A stretch of DNA of 64,000 nt from Thalia democratica (taxonomy: Eukaryota): the NCBI GenBank assembly GCA_965202585.1, contig OZ241831.1, positions 60,884,001 through 60,948,000 of the forward strand, given 5' to 3'. A model generated the notes under the pieces. The model had not been told where the DNA came from and did no database searches. It saw only the letters and a list, made by a program, of their open reading frames with translations. The position numbers were made by a program, and so were the translations under genes. Of this stretch, positions 62,840-64,000 are shown piece by piece (within the stretch, counting starts at the first letter, position 1; every line of letters starts with the position of its first letter).

Positions 62840-64000
62840 CTATAAACAACCGTTTTTCCAAAAAATAGTCATTCAGTTTTACTCATCTGTATTTATCAAA
62901 TGAACTTTATACTTCAAAGTTTTTTTGTTTTTCATTTTAAAATGTATTGATACTTTAACTTGGACTTTATCGTAAGTTTATTAAAGTTAAGAAACTTTTT
63001 CAATGTTTACAAGTGCTTTTTCTTAATTAAATTGTAAAAAGTAAATAGTACAGTTACGATCATATGTTTGAGTAAGTTTAGGAGCTTCTAATAATTGTAC
63101 GATGTAATACATTTAGTTATTTAAGCATTTAACTTTCTCATTCACTGTGTTTTGAAATCTGTTGAATTATAATAGTTTTATTAAAAGTCATTATTTATTT
63201 AAAAATTCATACAACTTATAACAGCTATTTTAAAAAGTTGCACAAACAATACACAGTAGACGTAAGTAAAATTAATAAAGAGTTTGATTGATGTATGATT
63301 ACATGAAAAATTTTTCAATGTCTTAAATAAAACGAAAATTGTTTATTGTACCGTTTCTGTTTAAAATCAGTCTAGAAATATTCTTATAAGTTAGCAAAGG
63401 AATACTATTTACATTCTAATTAGACAAAATAAGTAAACTCAAAAAAAACTTTTTTTAAATTATATATGCAGAACAAAATAAACACGTGCACAAAAAACTA
63501 AGTATGTGACCATGAAACAATAGACATATGTTCATGAAAATAAACATTTGCATTTGAACAATTAAAACTGTTGCGTAGAAACATAAAAATTGTTCATTAT
63601 GAAATAAATATGTGCACAACAAAAAAAAAAGAGTGAGCTTTAAAAAAAGTTACACTTTTTACTTTTTAGCTTTTAGTTTTCATAGAATCTTATGTTTAAA
63701 AACAAAATTTTCAAAGTAAAGTTGGCATTTTTAGTCTAATAAAGTTTTAAGCTTTCAAGCAGACACTTTTTTCTACAAAAATGTAATAAAAATAAGAGTT
63801 ATAATTATTAATCAAAATGAGAGAAAAATAATATATTAACATTACGCACGTCTTGGTAGAATTTAAAATTTGTTTTCTACACATCAACAACTTTTTTTCA
63901 AAAGTAATAGAAGCTGAAATAAAATTTTATAAATCGTATTGATTACTTCTTTTATTTTAACTTTAAACCTAATTTAAAGTCGCTTTTAAGGTTTTAAAAA

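Larger units (their letters stand above)
50200..63400. repeat. Diverged tandem segmental duplication (~50200-55000 vs ~57080-63400)
   Basis: Paralogous FABP-like gene and intronic tRNA, plus shared non-coding blocks (53200-53800 ~ 60520-61100; 54600-54850 ~ 63100-63320). Confidence 0.75.

Noticed and set aside
1-64000. CRISPR arrays, rRNA, snRNA, suppressor or selenocysteine tRNAs
   Set aside because: None recognised. Repeats are tRNA genes, MITEs, microsatellites and segmental duplications, and all anticodons read as standard sense codons.

Overview
Very AT-rich, intron-containing eukaryotic DNA. An invertebrate animal is likely; the repeat types suggest a Hydra-like cnidarian, but that is inference only. 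The window is a tRNA gene cluster with 28 recognisable tRNA genes or near-intact copies (Lys-CTT x7, Val-AAC x5, Gly-GCC x4, Asp-GTC x3, Ser-AGA x2, Arg-ACG x2, and one each of Pro-TGG, Arg-TCG, Arg-TCT, Ile-AAT and intron-containing Leu-CAA), plus decayed Pro copies. The left 35 kb is built from nested inverted duplications. A near-perfect ~18.7-kb palindrome (15156-33907, 14-nt spacer at 24517-24530) mirrors 7 tRNA genes per arm. It extends out to roughly positions 30 and 35400 once a 12,658-bp hAT transposon (2498-15155, perfect 8-bp target-site duplication [TSD] GCATCTAT) is removed from the left arm. That element encodes a hAT transposase split into at least 13 exons with an intact D-D-E triad, and its introns carry nested MITEs. 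The right part holds a HEI10/CCNB1IP1 gene (minus strand), an Ile-Asp tRNA pair separated by only 8 nt, and two tandem FABP-like genes. One FABP-like copy is intact and one carries a nonsense codon; each has an Arg-ACG tRNA gene in intron 2. All identities were judged by eye; no alignments or searches were run.
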